Assembly (NCBI GenBank): GCA_049315825.1
Contig: JBMOJK010000017.1
Location: forward strand, 1 to 21,697
DNA length: 21,697 bases
Reading direction: 5' to 3'
Origin: Patescibacteria group bacterium
GTDB taxonomy: Bacteria > Patescibacteriota > Gracilibacteria > BD1-5 > UBA2023
Made by a program: the position numbers and the translations under genes. The notes below the pieces were generated by a model, which searched no databases, was not told the DNA's origin, and was given only the letters and a program-made list of their open reading frames with translations. Shown here one piece after another: positions 10,951 to 18,986 of the stretch (within the stretch, counting starts at the first letter, position 1; each line of letters begins with the position of its first letter).

Positions 10951-11329
10951 GTACGCTAGTTACGTTCTATCTACGCCAGTATATAGAACATACAGGGAGA
11001 TACAATGGGAAGGGGAAAATCGCGAAACCCGCTTAGTGGAAGGAATTGATTGCTGGATATGCAAATACAATAAATGCAGTCCAAAGTGTGTACACTGGGA
11101 AATATCGGCTGATCCACTGCATAGTATTTGTGAGCGGAGATTGGTGAATGAGAGTCTTTGTGTGCTGATGAAGAATGCCCACAATGTGTACAAATACGAG
11201 TATATTCATCCCGAGAACTGCTGCATGCAACTTTGAGAGTACAGAAGATAATTGCATTCCACAAAGAAGTAAGCATGTGCTATTTTGCTCCAGACCCACA
11301 AGCTTCTTTTGTAAATACTGCGTATGTAA

Positions 11330-11352
11330 GGATAATAAATATCTTATTATCC
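11330..11352. promoter_or_regulatory. Perfect 9-bp palindrome immediately upstream of the esterase start codon; possible operator or attenuator hairpin
   Basis: GGATAATAA (11330-11338), loop ATATC, TTATTATCC (11344-11352), then TTCTTTTT and ATG at 11361. Confidence 0.3.
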
Positions 11353-11360
11353 TTCTTTTT

Positions 11361-12677
11361 ATGAAGATATTTTCTCGATTGATCGCTGTGTTTTTGATGT
11401 GAGCAATGCTGACTCAATCAGTCTGAGCGACATTTCCAGATGTTGAGCACTCATGGTATAAATCCTCGATCAATCATCTTGCAGACGCGGGAATTATTCG
11501 TGGGTATGACGATGGAAATTTTGGACCCGAATCACTCGTGACGCGTGCTGAAGTACTCAAGATGGTGATGAATATAGCAAAGATCGAAATCTCTCAGGGA
11601 TCATCGGCTCAGTGCTTCCCAGATGTGGATGTGACAGCATGGTACAGTCCGTATATCTGTACAGCAAATTCTCTCGGGATCGCGAAGGGTTTTAGCTCTG
11701 GGAAATTCTGACCAAACGAGACAGTAACCACTCTCGAAGCACTTACTTTTGGATTGCGAGCATTCAGACTTGCACCAGAGCAGAGTGGGGTTCATTGGTA
11801 CGATGCATATCAAAAGCTCGCGGACGACTTCAATATCATCAAGACACACGAATACACACTTTCTACCAAGATTTCTCGCGGGAAAACCGCAGAGCTCATC
11901 GAACGTATCGCAGCGTACAATGCTTCGAAAGCAAAGCTGGATTTCAAAAGCGCCGGATGCCGCACACCCGGTTCGCTTCTGAAACAAAATCTCATCAAGA
12001 TAAATGGAATCAACCGCGAATACAACCTCGCAGTTCCGAGTTCGTATTCCAAAACACAAACCTATCGACTCATCGTTGCTATCCATGGCCGAACCAATAC
12101 CAATGATATGGTTCAGGGTTATATGGGCTTGGACAGTTCTCGTCGAGGCATGCAAACCGACTCTATCGTCGCGTATCCTGCCGGGATATCTGTGAAGGGT
12201 GGATTTTCGTGGAGCGAATATTCCAATGTTCAATTCTTCGATGCGATGATCGATCAAATCGCGAGTAACTACTGTATCGACCGCAATCAAATAGATATCG
12301 TCGGACACTCGCTCGGTGGCTGGTTCGCTAACAAACTTGCCTGTTTGCGTGGTGATGTTATCCGAGGGGCGGTTGTAGTAGGTGGACCTTCGTACTCTGG
12401 AGAATGCACCGGACCAGTTGCTACCTTACTCATGCACAAAGCGGATGATGCACTTGTCCCGTATTCATGAGGGAAAGCTGCAGAAGTATTTCACAAATCA
12501 GTAAATCAATGCTCGGATAAATCTCACGATATCACCGTTGCATGATATGCAGGACGACAATGGGATGGCTGCACACCAGGCAATCCAGTTCTGTGGTTCG
12601 AGAAATACACCACCTTCCAAAACGATCCCCACAGCTGGCCGAAGTCAGGTGGAGCTGCGGTGTTGGAGTTTTTTAGG
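11361..12677 (+). CDS. Secreted esterase with two SLH domains (PHB-depolymerase / LpqC-type alpha/beta hydrolase)
   Basis: ATG 11361. In-frame TGA at 11400, 11424, 11709, 12468 and 12543; stop TAG 12675-12677. It absorbs track ORF 11754..12470. Signal-peptide-like MKIFSRLIAVFLMGAMLTQSVGA. Two SLH repeats: FPDVEHSWYKSSINHLADAGIIRGYDDGNFGPESLVTRAE and FPDVDVTAWYSPYICTANSLGIAKGFSSGKF. Esterase core: REYNLAVPSSY...RLIVAIHG and nucleophile elbow GHSLGG. Confidence 0.88.
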
Positions 12678-12829
12678 GGGTTGTAGAGGGGTAACTAAGA
12701 AACTACAAAGAGTGAAGTTCGGATAAGGAAGTAGTGGGGATAGCTCGGTATACTAGGATTCTCTATGTATTATCGTAAGTAACGCATAGAAGTTGTCGAC
12801 CAACTTTTCAATTATCAAGATGGTAATCA

Positions 12830-13552
12830 TTACTTTGTAAAGTATTGCATGACAAGGGGGATTCATATTGAACATAACAAAACACTGCCAAGAAAAAAAT
12901 TTCTTGTAGACCGTCTAAGAGAAACCATTCTCTTATACCCTCCAATATCTATGTCCAAATTGGAGAGGAATAATTTGCGTATGGGTATAAGCAAGACAAG
13001 AATGAGTATAACCCATGCAAAAACTTTTATGAACGGCTCAGGAATGCTACTATTAAGAACAATCAACGGTATTGCTGCTAATATTGGAATGAAAAGATGG
13101 TATCAGCAATGAAGAAGCATGCTCTCTAATACGTCGGCTTTCATTTTTCCAAGCTCGGTTTTCAATTCACTTTCCAGAACTTTCGTTTCCTTTGTACTGC
13201 TGGACTTGATTACATACTTTCCAGAAACTGGATGAAATGAAAACCATAGTGAATCTATAAATCCACTATCAAAAATTACTGTAAGAACCTCATCACGCAG
13301 ATAATCTCAATTTTTCTGAAAGCAACTTATCTTGAGTGCTACTATTCGTTCATCTCATTCGTTATCATATTCAGATAGTTCTCTGAAATCTTCAAATATT
13401 ATCGAATCGTTGTTTTTCAGTGTTGCAATTAGCTGAATACTTGGAAACTTTTTTGAGAGATAATTTGCAAAACTCTTACTTTTGCTTGGATCTATGCTCT
13501 CTTCTGTGATACAAATCGCCATTTTTATCCATTTTGTTGCCTCGTATTGCAT
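12830..13552 (-). CDS. Hypothetical protein with C-terminal transmembrane helices (240 aa)
   Basis: Track ORFs 13355..13552 and 12863..13066 share a frame. They are joined through TGA at 13355, 13307, 13103 and 12863; stop TAA 12830-12832; ATG 13550-13552. The C-terminal third is hydrophobic (HLFIPILAAIPLIVL, FAWVILILVLLIPI). No recognisable domain. Confidence 0.6.
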
Positions 13553-13602
13553 ATTTTAGATGATTTGTTATCTGATGATTAGTGCGGTATTATCTCGTAA
13601 GC

Positions 13603-13932
13603 TTATTGCTTACTTTTGTTGAGGTAAAAATCACTTGTGGTTTCTTTCGCAATAGAGATGAAGGATTGATTTATTTTTCCATAATTTGCCAAAATCTGTG
13701 AACCACCGATTAGTATCGCCACAACAATGAAAACCCAGATCGTAATTTGAACCCAAAATCGCTCCTGTATCCAATAGACATTCTTGGTCAAATAGTTGCC
13801 GATCGCGAGCATGCAGAATACTGAAAGACATACACAGAACCAAAATAGAACCGTAAAAATAGCCCATACTGCAAGTCCTAGAAGTATCATGCCTCAAATT
13901 ACTTTATCTTGCTTACTAAATCGTTTTGCCAT
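13603..13932 (-). CDS. Small integral membrane protein (109 aa)
   Basis: Track ORF 13603..13890 extends upstream through TGA (13894-13896) to ATG 13930-13932, giving MAKRFSKQDKVI[G]GMILLGLAVW.... It has three hydrophobic stretches. Stop TAA 13603-13605. Confidence 0.6.
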
Positions 13933-14079
13933 AGGTTGGTAAAATAAGACTTCTTTTAAGAAGAGTAGTCGCTGTTGTTGAATTGTCCAATACCATGCAC
14001 AAAAAATCCTCGTAGTTTTCGGGGATTTTCGTTTAAAAAGGTCTGAGTAAGCTGTAAAGAAGTGCTCAGTGAATATTCG

Positions 14080-14105
14080 AATAAACGATATTGAGATCGT
14101 TTATT
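14080..14105 (+). terminator. Hairpin with T-rich tail (terminator-like)
   Basis: AATAAACGAT (14080-14089), loop ATTGAG, ATCGTTTATT (14096-14105), followed by TTAGC. The stem is a perfect 10 bp. No clear upstream plus-strand gene, so it may end a small RNA. Confidence 0.35.
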
Positions 14106-14157
14106 TTAGCGAGTTTGAGATATATCATTATGATAATCTGTGCATTTCTGAGTGTAC

Positions 14158-14352
14158 ATGGAGTACTTTAATGTAGCTTCTGTTTACATTACTGAAGTAA
14201 GTAATTCGGAACCAGTGATCCAATATGTATATACTGGAGTTGTTAACGAGTCTGTAGTACTTGATGTCAATTCGTGTTCGACTGGAGATTCGAACCGCGA
14301 GGTAGTCGGTTTTTTGTCTTTGTATTGAGGAAAACAACAAAAAACGACCTAA
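14158..14352 (+). CDS. Possible small ORF (64 aa), function unknown
   Basis: Runs from ATG 14158 to TAA 14350-14352 with one in-frame TGA. It is absent from the track because the TGA shortens it below the cutoff. It ends inside the 14341-14377 hairpin. Composition looks beta-rich and protein-like (VIQYVYTGVVNESVVLDV). No homology recognised. Confidence 0.25.
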
Positions 14353-14377
14353 AGAAATTTAATTCATAGGTCGTTTT
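14341..14377. terminator. Perfect 11-bp inverted repeat with A-run and T-run arms (bidirectional terminator-like)
   Basis: AAAACGACCTA (14341-14351), 15-nt loop, TAGGTCGTTTT (14367-14377). Confidence 0.45.
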
Positions 14378-14612
14378 GGAAAGATTTTCGGGATTTTTTA
14401 TAGCGACTTTGTCGCTTTGGGATCAATTGAATGGTGGTGTTCGTCGGGAGTATTTTGAACACTTGATTTCCACGGTTCAAGAACTCGATTTTGGCTTAAT
14501 GAAGCAATTTGTACGGTATGCCTGGTTTGATCTTGGAGGTTCTGAGAATTTCAAGATCGCACTAACAAAGAAGGAAAGGGTGTGGTATGGGATTGAGGAA
14601 TTAATATGATAA
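14376..14612 (+). CDS. Possible small ORF or gene fragment (78 aa), function unknown
   Basis: Track ORF 14376..14609 (TTG start) reads through TGA 14607 to TAA 14610-14612. It has no ATG near its 5' end and no recognisable domain. It is bracketed by two strong hairpins. Confidence 0.2.
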
Positions 14613-14626
14613 GCACATATCAATAA

Positions 14627-14668
14627 GTTAAAAAATACAAGGAATTACTGATCCTTGTATTTTTTAAC
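14627..14668. terminator. Bidirectional rho-independent terminator (perfect 17-bp stem)
   Basis: GTTAAAAAATACAAGGA (14627-14643), 8-nt loop, TCCTTGTATTTTTTAAC (14652-14668). The A-run and T-run give a U-tail on both strands. It lies 16 nt beyond the TAG (14684) that closes the extended Gre-like frame. Confidence 0.75.
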
Positions 14669-14683
14669 TGTTAGTTTCTGTCT

Positions 14684-15154
14684 CTAGAAAGTTAATCCCA
14701 TCTCAATTGAGATTATTTCCACTTCCACCTCTTTTCAATTTAAATTCATATGAACAATCTCGCCTTCTTCTTTTTATAGTAGGGGGCGTATTAATGGTGC
14801 ATTGTACGATACACGTCATTCAATTGGCGACTGATATCATCCAATGATATATGTTGTATCTTCTCATCCATCAATGGAGATGGTAACCTTTTTTCACATA
14901 CTTACTATCGATTCATCGGAAACAACCCGAACAATTTGAGTTCCGTTCAAGATATCCTGTACTTCTTTTAATTTCTTTGAAGCAAGTTCTCAGGAAAGTC
15001 TTGCTGCATCAAGTGGTGCATTATCGTGCCAAGTTTCTGAAGACTGCTTCAAGGCCTCTCAGGCATCTTTTCCAGCCTCCTTAAATTGCTCTCATAACAA
15101 GGCTTGTTTTTCTTGAAAAGCACTAAATTCATCGGGAAATAGTCGGTATTTCAT
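14684..15154 (-). pseudogene. GreA/GreB/Rnk-family factor interrupted by an in-frame TAA (126-aa product as written; 156 aa if the TAA is read through)
   Basis: ATG 15152-15154. Eight in-frame TGAs in total. The sequence SSETWHDNAPLDAA resembles the Gre GDxSENAEYxAA motif. The C-terminal domain reads VSMGKKVTISIDGGEDTTYIIGGYQSPIEGRVSYNAPLIRPLL, then TAA (14774-14776). The same frame continues as KEEGEIVHMNLNGKEVEVEIISIE, which matches the canonical Gre tail (compare E. coli GreA ...[28 protein letters not shown]), ending at TAG 14684-14686. Confidence 0.7.
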
Positions 15155-15235
15155 AAGTATGTTTATGATAAAGAGATAAAAAAGTTTCCAATGGAAGAAC
15201 AGATTGTGTATTCTGATTTTGAATGCACAAAACTA

Positions 15236-16084
15236 CTATAAACTGACCTGTTTTTTGTTCTTTTTGTACACGAATGTTATAAAACCTTCGATACAGGATC
15301 AATTACCAAAATGACTACAGCTCTCACATAATCACGGAAGATAAACCTGTTCTATATGCTTAACCGTAAATTCTTTATTTGAGGGCGTTTCATAAATAAA
15401 TCGAGTACTGGATGTTCAGGGGGTGTGTATAGTGCTTTTTAATCTAGCATTATAAATTGATAGCAATCTTCTAATAGCTTCCGCTGAATTTGTTTTGTTT
15501 AATAGGTCATCCAATATACGAGTTTCAACTCATTTTGATAAAGCCCAATCAAGGACCTCTTGAACACGTCCTATATCTTCAGTATCGGATAATACACAGT
15601 TTACTCTCACCTTAACGCCCGCTTGTTGCAATGAGGATATATTTTCTTTGGCTTGTATGATTTGTTCAGATGCCCATTCGCGTGACTTTCTTTTTGCCAT
15701 CATTCCTTGTAGGAATTCAGGATTTACGGATTGTAATGAAAAGTTGATAGCATCTACTCAAGCATCAATCAAATTTGAACGAATATCCCCATTAAACTGT
15801 CCATTACTTGTAACTTTTACAACCATCCCCAATTTTTTGGATCATTCTACAATTGAAGAGATGTGTTTATTTAAAGTAGGTTCTCATCCAGTAAGATGTA
15901 ATTCGGTTACGCCAAGTTCATCTCGAAGTCTTGATAATGCAGATTTCAACTCGGAATCCCATTTTAAAATTCCAGCGTCAATATCTCATTCATTGTGACA
16001 AAACTTACAAGACCAATTACAGGACTCTGTAATTTTTAGACGTACTGTTCATACATCTTCTATTTTTGAGAACTTGCTTGTCAT
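15236..16084 (-). CDS. Radical SAM enzyme, MoaA-like (282 aa)
   Basis: This gene is invisible in the standard-code track because it contains nine in-frame TGAs. It runs from ATG 16082-16084 to TAG 15236-15238. Motifs: CxxxCxxC as ITESCNWSCKFCHNEG (15998-16021); LHLTG[TGA]EPTL (TGA at 15884-15886); VTSNG; INFSLQSVNPEF; VKVRVNCVLSD; C-terminal Cys cluster LCESCSHFGNGSC. The order and wording of motifs resemble MoaA (GTP 3',8-cyclase) more than viperin. Confidence 0.82.
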
Positions 16085-16641
16085 TGAGGCGGTTCTTTAA
16101 AACTAATGATAGGCATTTTAATTAAAACAATTGCTGGAATGCCTAATTCCTTTTCATAAACTACTTCGGATCAACCAAATAATCCATCGTCAAAATTGAA
16201 TCCAAGTTTTTCAGTGTAGTTTTTAACGATCTCTGGATCCTGTCCTTCGATTTCTATGTATGGATTGAGTCCAGGCCAGGTGTCGATACATACTTCAATG
16301 TCAGCATTTTTCCAAACTTCACGATAATTCTCCTGTGTTGAAGTATTTCTCAATCCAGTTTTCATTAAGATATCAGAAGCTTCATTAAAATCCGATATCT
16401 CCGTTTCGTGTTCTTCAACTCCATCAATGTTTGAACTATGGATACACTTATAGGTCATAGTGGTTCGTTTAGCCTCCTTTCTCACTCGAAAAAATTCATT
16501 CTTACTGGTTTCTATCGGATGGAATGTTTTTCTTTGTATTAAAAATTCTTCTTGAACACAGGAAAGTCCGATAGAAGCGAGTTTCTCCCGTATAATGTCT
16601 TTGTTCACAGAAGTGAACTTTATTTCAAATTCTTTCGCCAT
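16060..16641 (-). CDS. CYTH-domain protein (CyaB-type class IV adenylate cyclase / triphosphate tunnel metalloenzyme family)
   Basis: Track ORF 16171..16641 begins MAKEFEIKF, which carries the CYTH ExExK signature. Later come RVRKE, TYK and IDTWPGLNPYIEIEG. It reads through TGA at 16171 and 16081 to TAG 16060-16062. The extension (GSEVVYEKELGI) supplies the usual C-terminal sY.ell strand. It overlaps the radical SAM start by 25 nt in a different frame. Confidence 0.8.
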
Positions 16642-16654
16642 AGTCTTTTAATTA

Positions 16655-17206
16655 TTAAGCATATAAAAAAGAGCTTGCCGCCCGCAAAGCTTGCTCAACA
16701 TTGCATTCATCTGTTGAAATAATCAAGTCGTTTCTTCTTAAAAGAAACCTATTCTGTGTTTTCACAAAAAGATTGGCATCTTGTTCAAATCTAGAAAGAT
16801 TTCCTCTTTGCGAGAGTCGTGTAATGATTGTATTTCTGGTGGCTTTAAGAAGAATTTGAACTTTTGGTATCTCCTTATCGAGAGCTTCTGCTTCTGATAC
16901 ATCCAATTGTTCATCCATTGATTGATGATGAACACTTGTTGATGTAACAAGTCGATCACAAATGACATCTGTTCCATTTTTTGCAATTTCTAATATTTGA
17001 GCTATATCTTCACGACAAGCTTCTAGATAAAAATGAAATCTTTCAGTCACTGATACTCAAACCTGATCAAATTTTCTTCTTTGCTCTGGAGTTTTAGTTC
17101 CTGGAGTTTTGTAGTAAATAGCCTTATGATTTTGGGGTAACCCCTTTGCAAGAGTGGTTTTTCAGGCGGCATCGACTCACTCGATCGCTATAATACGTCG
17201 TTGCAT
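16655..17206 (-). CDS. P-loop nucleotide kinase, thymidylate-kinase-like (183 aa)
   Basis: Track ORF 16655..17050 extends upstream through TGA 17057, 17162 and 17177 to ATG 17204-17206. Both Walker A glycines are TGA codons: IIAIE[TGA]VDAA[TGA]KTT. TMK-like motifs FYLEACRED and VICDRLVTSTSVHH are present. Stop TAA 16655-16657. Confidence 0.82.
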
Positions 17207-17396
17207 TTTTTTTTAACAGTGTTAGTTGATAGACTGAACTCAGTTTCTTATTAAATATTGAAGGCATTTCGTCGAGAATCTTGTTTAACTCTCCTTTAAG
17301 TGAGCCTTGAAGGGATTGAATTCTATTTTGTTCTGCCTCAATTTTTAATAACCTATCACGTTGAGCCTTCTAACTCATAGCATTACCAGTCCCCAT
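17207..17396 (-). pseudogene. Coiled-coil gene remnant with an in-frame TAG
   Basis: The frame reads ATG 17396, MGTGNAMS, TAG (17370-17372), then KAQRDRLLKIEAEQNRIQSLQGSLKGELNKILDEMPSIFNKK. No start codon follows the TAG until an internal Met. The frame then runs into the kinase gene out of phase. The 3' boundary is arbitrary. Confidence 0.25.
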
Positions 17397-17494
17397 AGTT
17401 TCTGGCTTTATGAAATAAAAACTATTATCAATAATATATTTTCTATAAAATGTCAAATTATTTTTCTTGGAAGTTTGTTTCAAATGGTTGGCAA

Positions 17495-17539
17495 ATATAA
17501 ATGACAAGCCTAAGAGTTACCCAGACTTGTCATTTATAT
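17495..17539. terminator. Perfect 14-bp inverted repeat hairpin downstream of the ATPase fragment
   Basis: ATATAAATGACAAG (17495-17508), 17-nt loop, CTTGTCATTTATAT (17526-17539). It lies 26 nt beyond the fragment's stop (17565). No clean U-tail. Confidence 0.4.
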
Positions 17540-17564
17540 AATGTAAATTTTTCTCTTAAGATTA

Positions 17565-18104
17565 CTATTTAAGCTCAATCGCATATAAGTAATCCATCAT
17601 TTCCGAAGCAAAATTGATTACATCCTCATTATTGCTTAGAGTAAATGTATGGGATTCTGGATTGAGTGTTTCTCTAAAAGAGTGCATCCTTTGTTTAACA
17701 GCATCTTCGTCAAATATCACATCTATTTTCTCTGATAATTTCAATGTGGAAAGACTTATTCATTTATCTCGAATACGCTTCGCGAAAATAGTTGGTAAGT
17801 ATAAATCTTCAAAAAATTTTCTTAATTCATTCCTGATGTCATCAGTGTGCTCTCTTTGTATAAATCAGTAAATTTTTTCAAAAATTTCCTCATACTGAGA
17901 AGTTGTAAAATCTCTCTCACTTGCATTCAATAGATGGCTTCAATCAGATCTTTTTTCAATCTTAATGAATTTAATTGGAGTAGTTTTTACGATTTCAGAA
18001 AATCTTCGAACAAACAGGGGGTAATGAGTTAAAATTATAGTCTGTTCCACGTCAGGAAGACTTCCACGAAAACAGTTAATGGTATTAGTTATTCTGTTAT
18101 CATC
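17565..18104 (-). pseudogene. C-terminal fragment of an AAA_13/PrrC-RloC-like ABC-type ATPase (N-terminally truncated)
   Basis: The 180-codon frame ends at TAG 17565-17567 and contains three TGAs. It has no plausible start and no Walker A. It reads ...LPDVEQTIILTHYPLFVRRF... (the H-loop TH motif typical of this family), then ...MHSFRETLNPESHTF...DYLYAIELK. Coding character is lost upstream of about 18104. Confidence 0.55.
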
Positions 18105-18736
18105 AAAACTGGTAACTTCAGAAAAAAGCTTGAAGAATTGAAAAAGACCAAGTCGGATGCGGTTCTTTCAGACGTTATTGAGTCAAAGAATATCATCTAT
18201 CGTATTACTTCGAAAGAAAGTAAAAACTACAATCTTTCGATGAGGTTTGATGAGGTTGAAAAAGCAATCGTGAAAAAACTCCAAACTTTCAAGATAGGCG
18301 ATGAAATTTATGAGCAATTCTCCGAGGTTATAATGAAAGAAACAAAAAGAAAAGATACTGAAATCGCTACTGAAAGAAGCGTATTCAGTTATATCTGAAT
18401 AAGCTCAATAGCGATTTAAAGAAGCATATTGATAAATTCGCCGGAGGTATAGGGTTGGATGAAAAAGAAAAGAAGGTTTACTTGGATGGAAAAATGGACA
18501 TTGAGTTTAAAATCGAAGGTGCTGAGAAAGAAATTAAGAATCTGAGACAGACAGAAAGGAATGTGATTTTAGAAGCCCACAGTTTCGCGTATGCCCTTCG
18601 TAATGCGGATAAATACTATAAGAAGGCGACATTTGTTCAAAAGCGAAAAATTGCCTGATTACTCTTCTTGAACATAAAAATAAACCGCGAGAAACGCCTT
18701 CATATAGCGGTTCGTCGCGGTTTAGAATGGACTTAG
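18090..18736 (+). pseudogene. C-terminal half of a large serine recombinase (no catalytic domain; frameshifted)
   Basis: The first frame (track ORF 18138..18398, open from 18090) reads ...IIYRITSKESKNYNLSMRFDEVEKAIVKKLQTF.... Around 18370-18395 the sense switches to another frame (track ORF 18455..18658, extended through TGA to TAG 18734-18736). That frame reads LNKLNSDLKKHIDKFAGGIGLDEKEKKVY...ALRNADKYYKKATFVQKRKIA[G]LLFLNIKINREKRLHI. This matches the coiled-coil and tail pattern of large serine recombinases. There is no resolvase N-terminal domain upstream. Confidence 0.55.
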
Positions 18737-18986
18737 TAATTGATTCCGTCGAAAAATGATCTCAAAACGCCAGAGTCATTGGACAGCAGCTTCTCGATGA
18801 ATTAAAGGACAAGATGGGCATACTTTCATACGGAAAGGAATTTAGAAAATAAATTCTTCAGTGAGGGTAGTGTTTCTGAGCATGCCGCTATGATTATAAT
18901 GGTTCCTCTTGTTTTAACAGTATAAAACTTGTACTCACTCTACATTTTTTTATACTGCACTAGAAGTAATTTTTGATATAGATATC

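Noticed and set aside
10949-11236. A Cys-rich ORF in the 410-bp divergent intergenic region (CWICKYNKCSPKCVHW...ENCC), considered as a possible RiPP or bacteriocin precursor.
   Set aside because: Its only upstream start overlaps the PAS kinase start on the other strand, and the internal ATG leaves just 27 aa. It has no leader or core organisation and no adjacent maturation genes. A chance ORF in a promoter region is more likely.
14287-14296. A GGTTCGAATC T-loop-like 10-mer on the minus strand, which could indicate a tRNA, tmRNA or att-site remnant.
   Set aside because: The flanking bases cannot form a T-stem (CGCGG versus CTCCA gives 2 Watson-Crick pairs and 1 wobble out of 5). There is no complementary acceptor arm and no D or anticodon arms upstream. 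At best it is a decayed fragment, and it may be coincidence inside a small ORF.
15236-16084. Calling the radical SAM enzyme a prokaryotic viperin (pVip) because a nucleotide kinase is adjacent.
   Set aside because: The motif wording follows MoaA (LTGGEP, TSNG, SLxSxxPE, VKVxxV, C-terminal Cys cluster). It lacks the viperin-type C-terminal region. The family assignment needs a phylogeny, so I keep the neutral label MoaA-like.
18727-18852. A 41-aa ORF (MDLVIDSVEKGSQNARVIGQQLLDELKDKMGILSYGKEFRK) just after the recombinase fragment.
   Set aside because: It is too short, has no recognisable family, and overlaps the end of the pseudogene. It may be another gene remnant.
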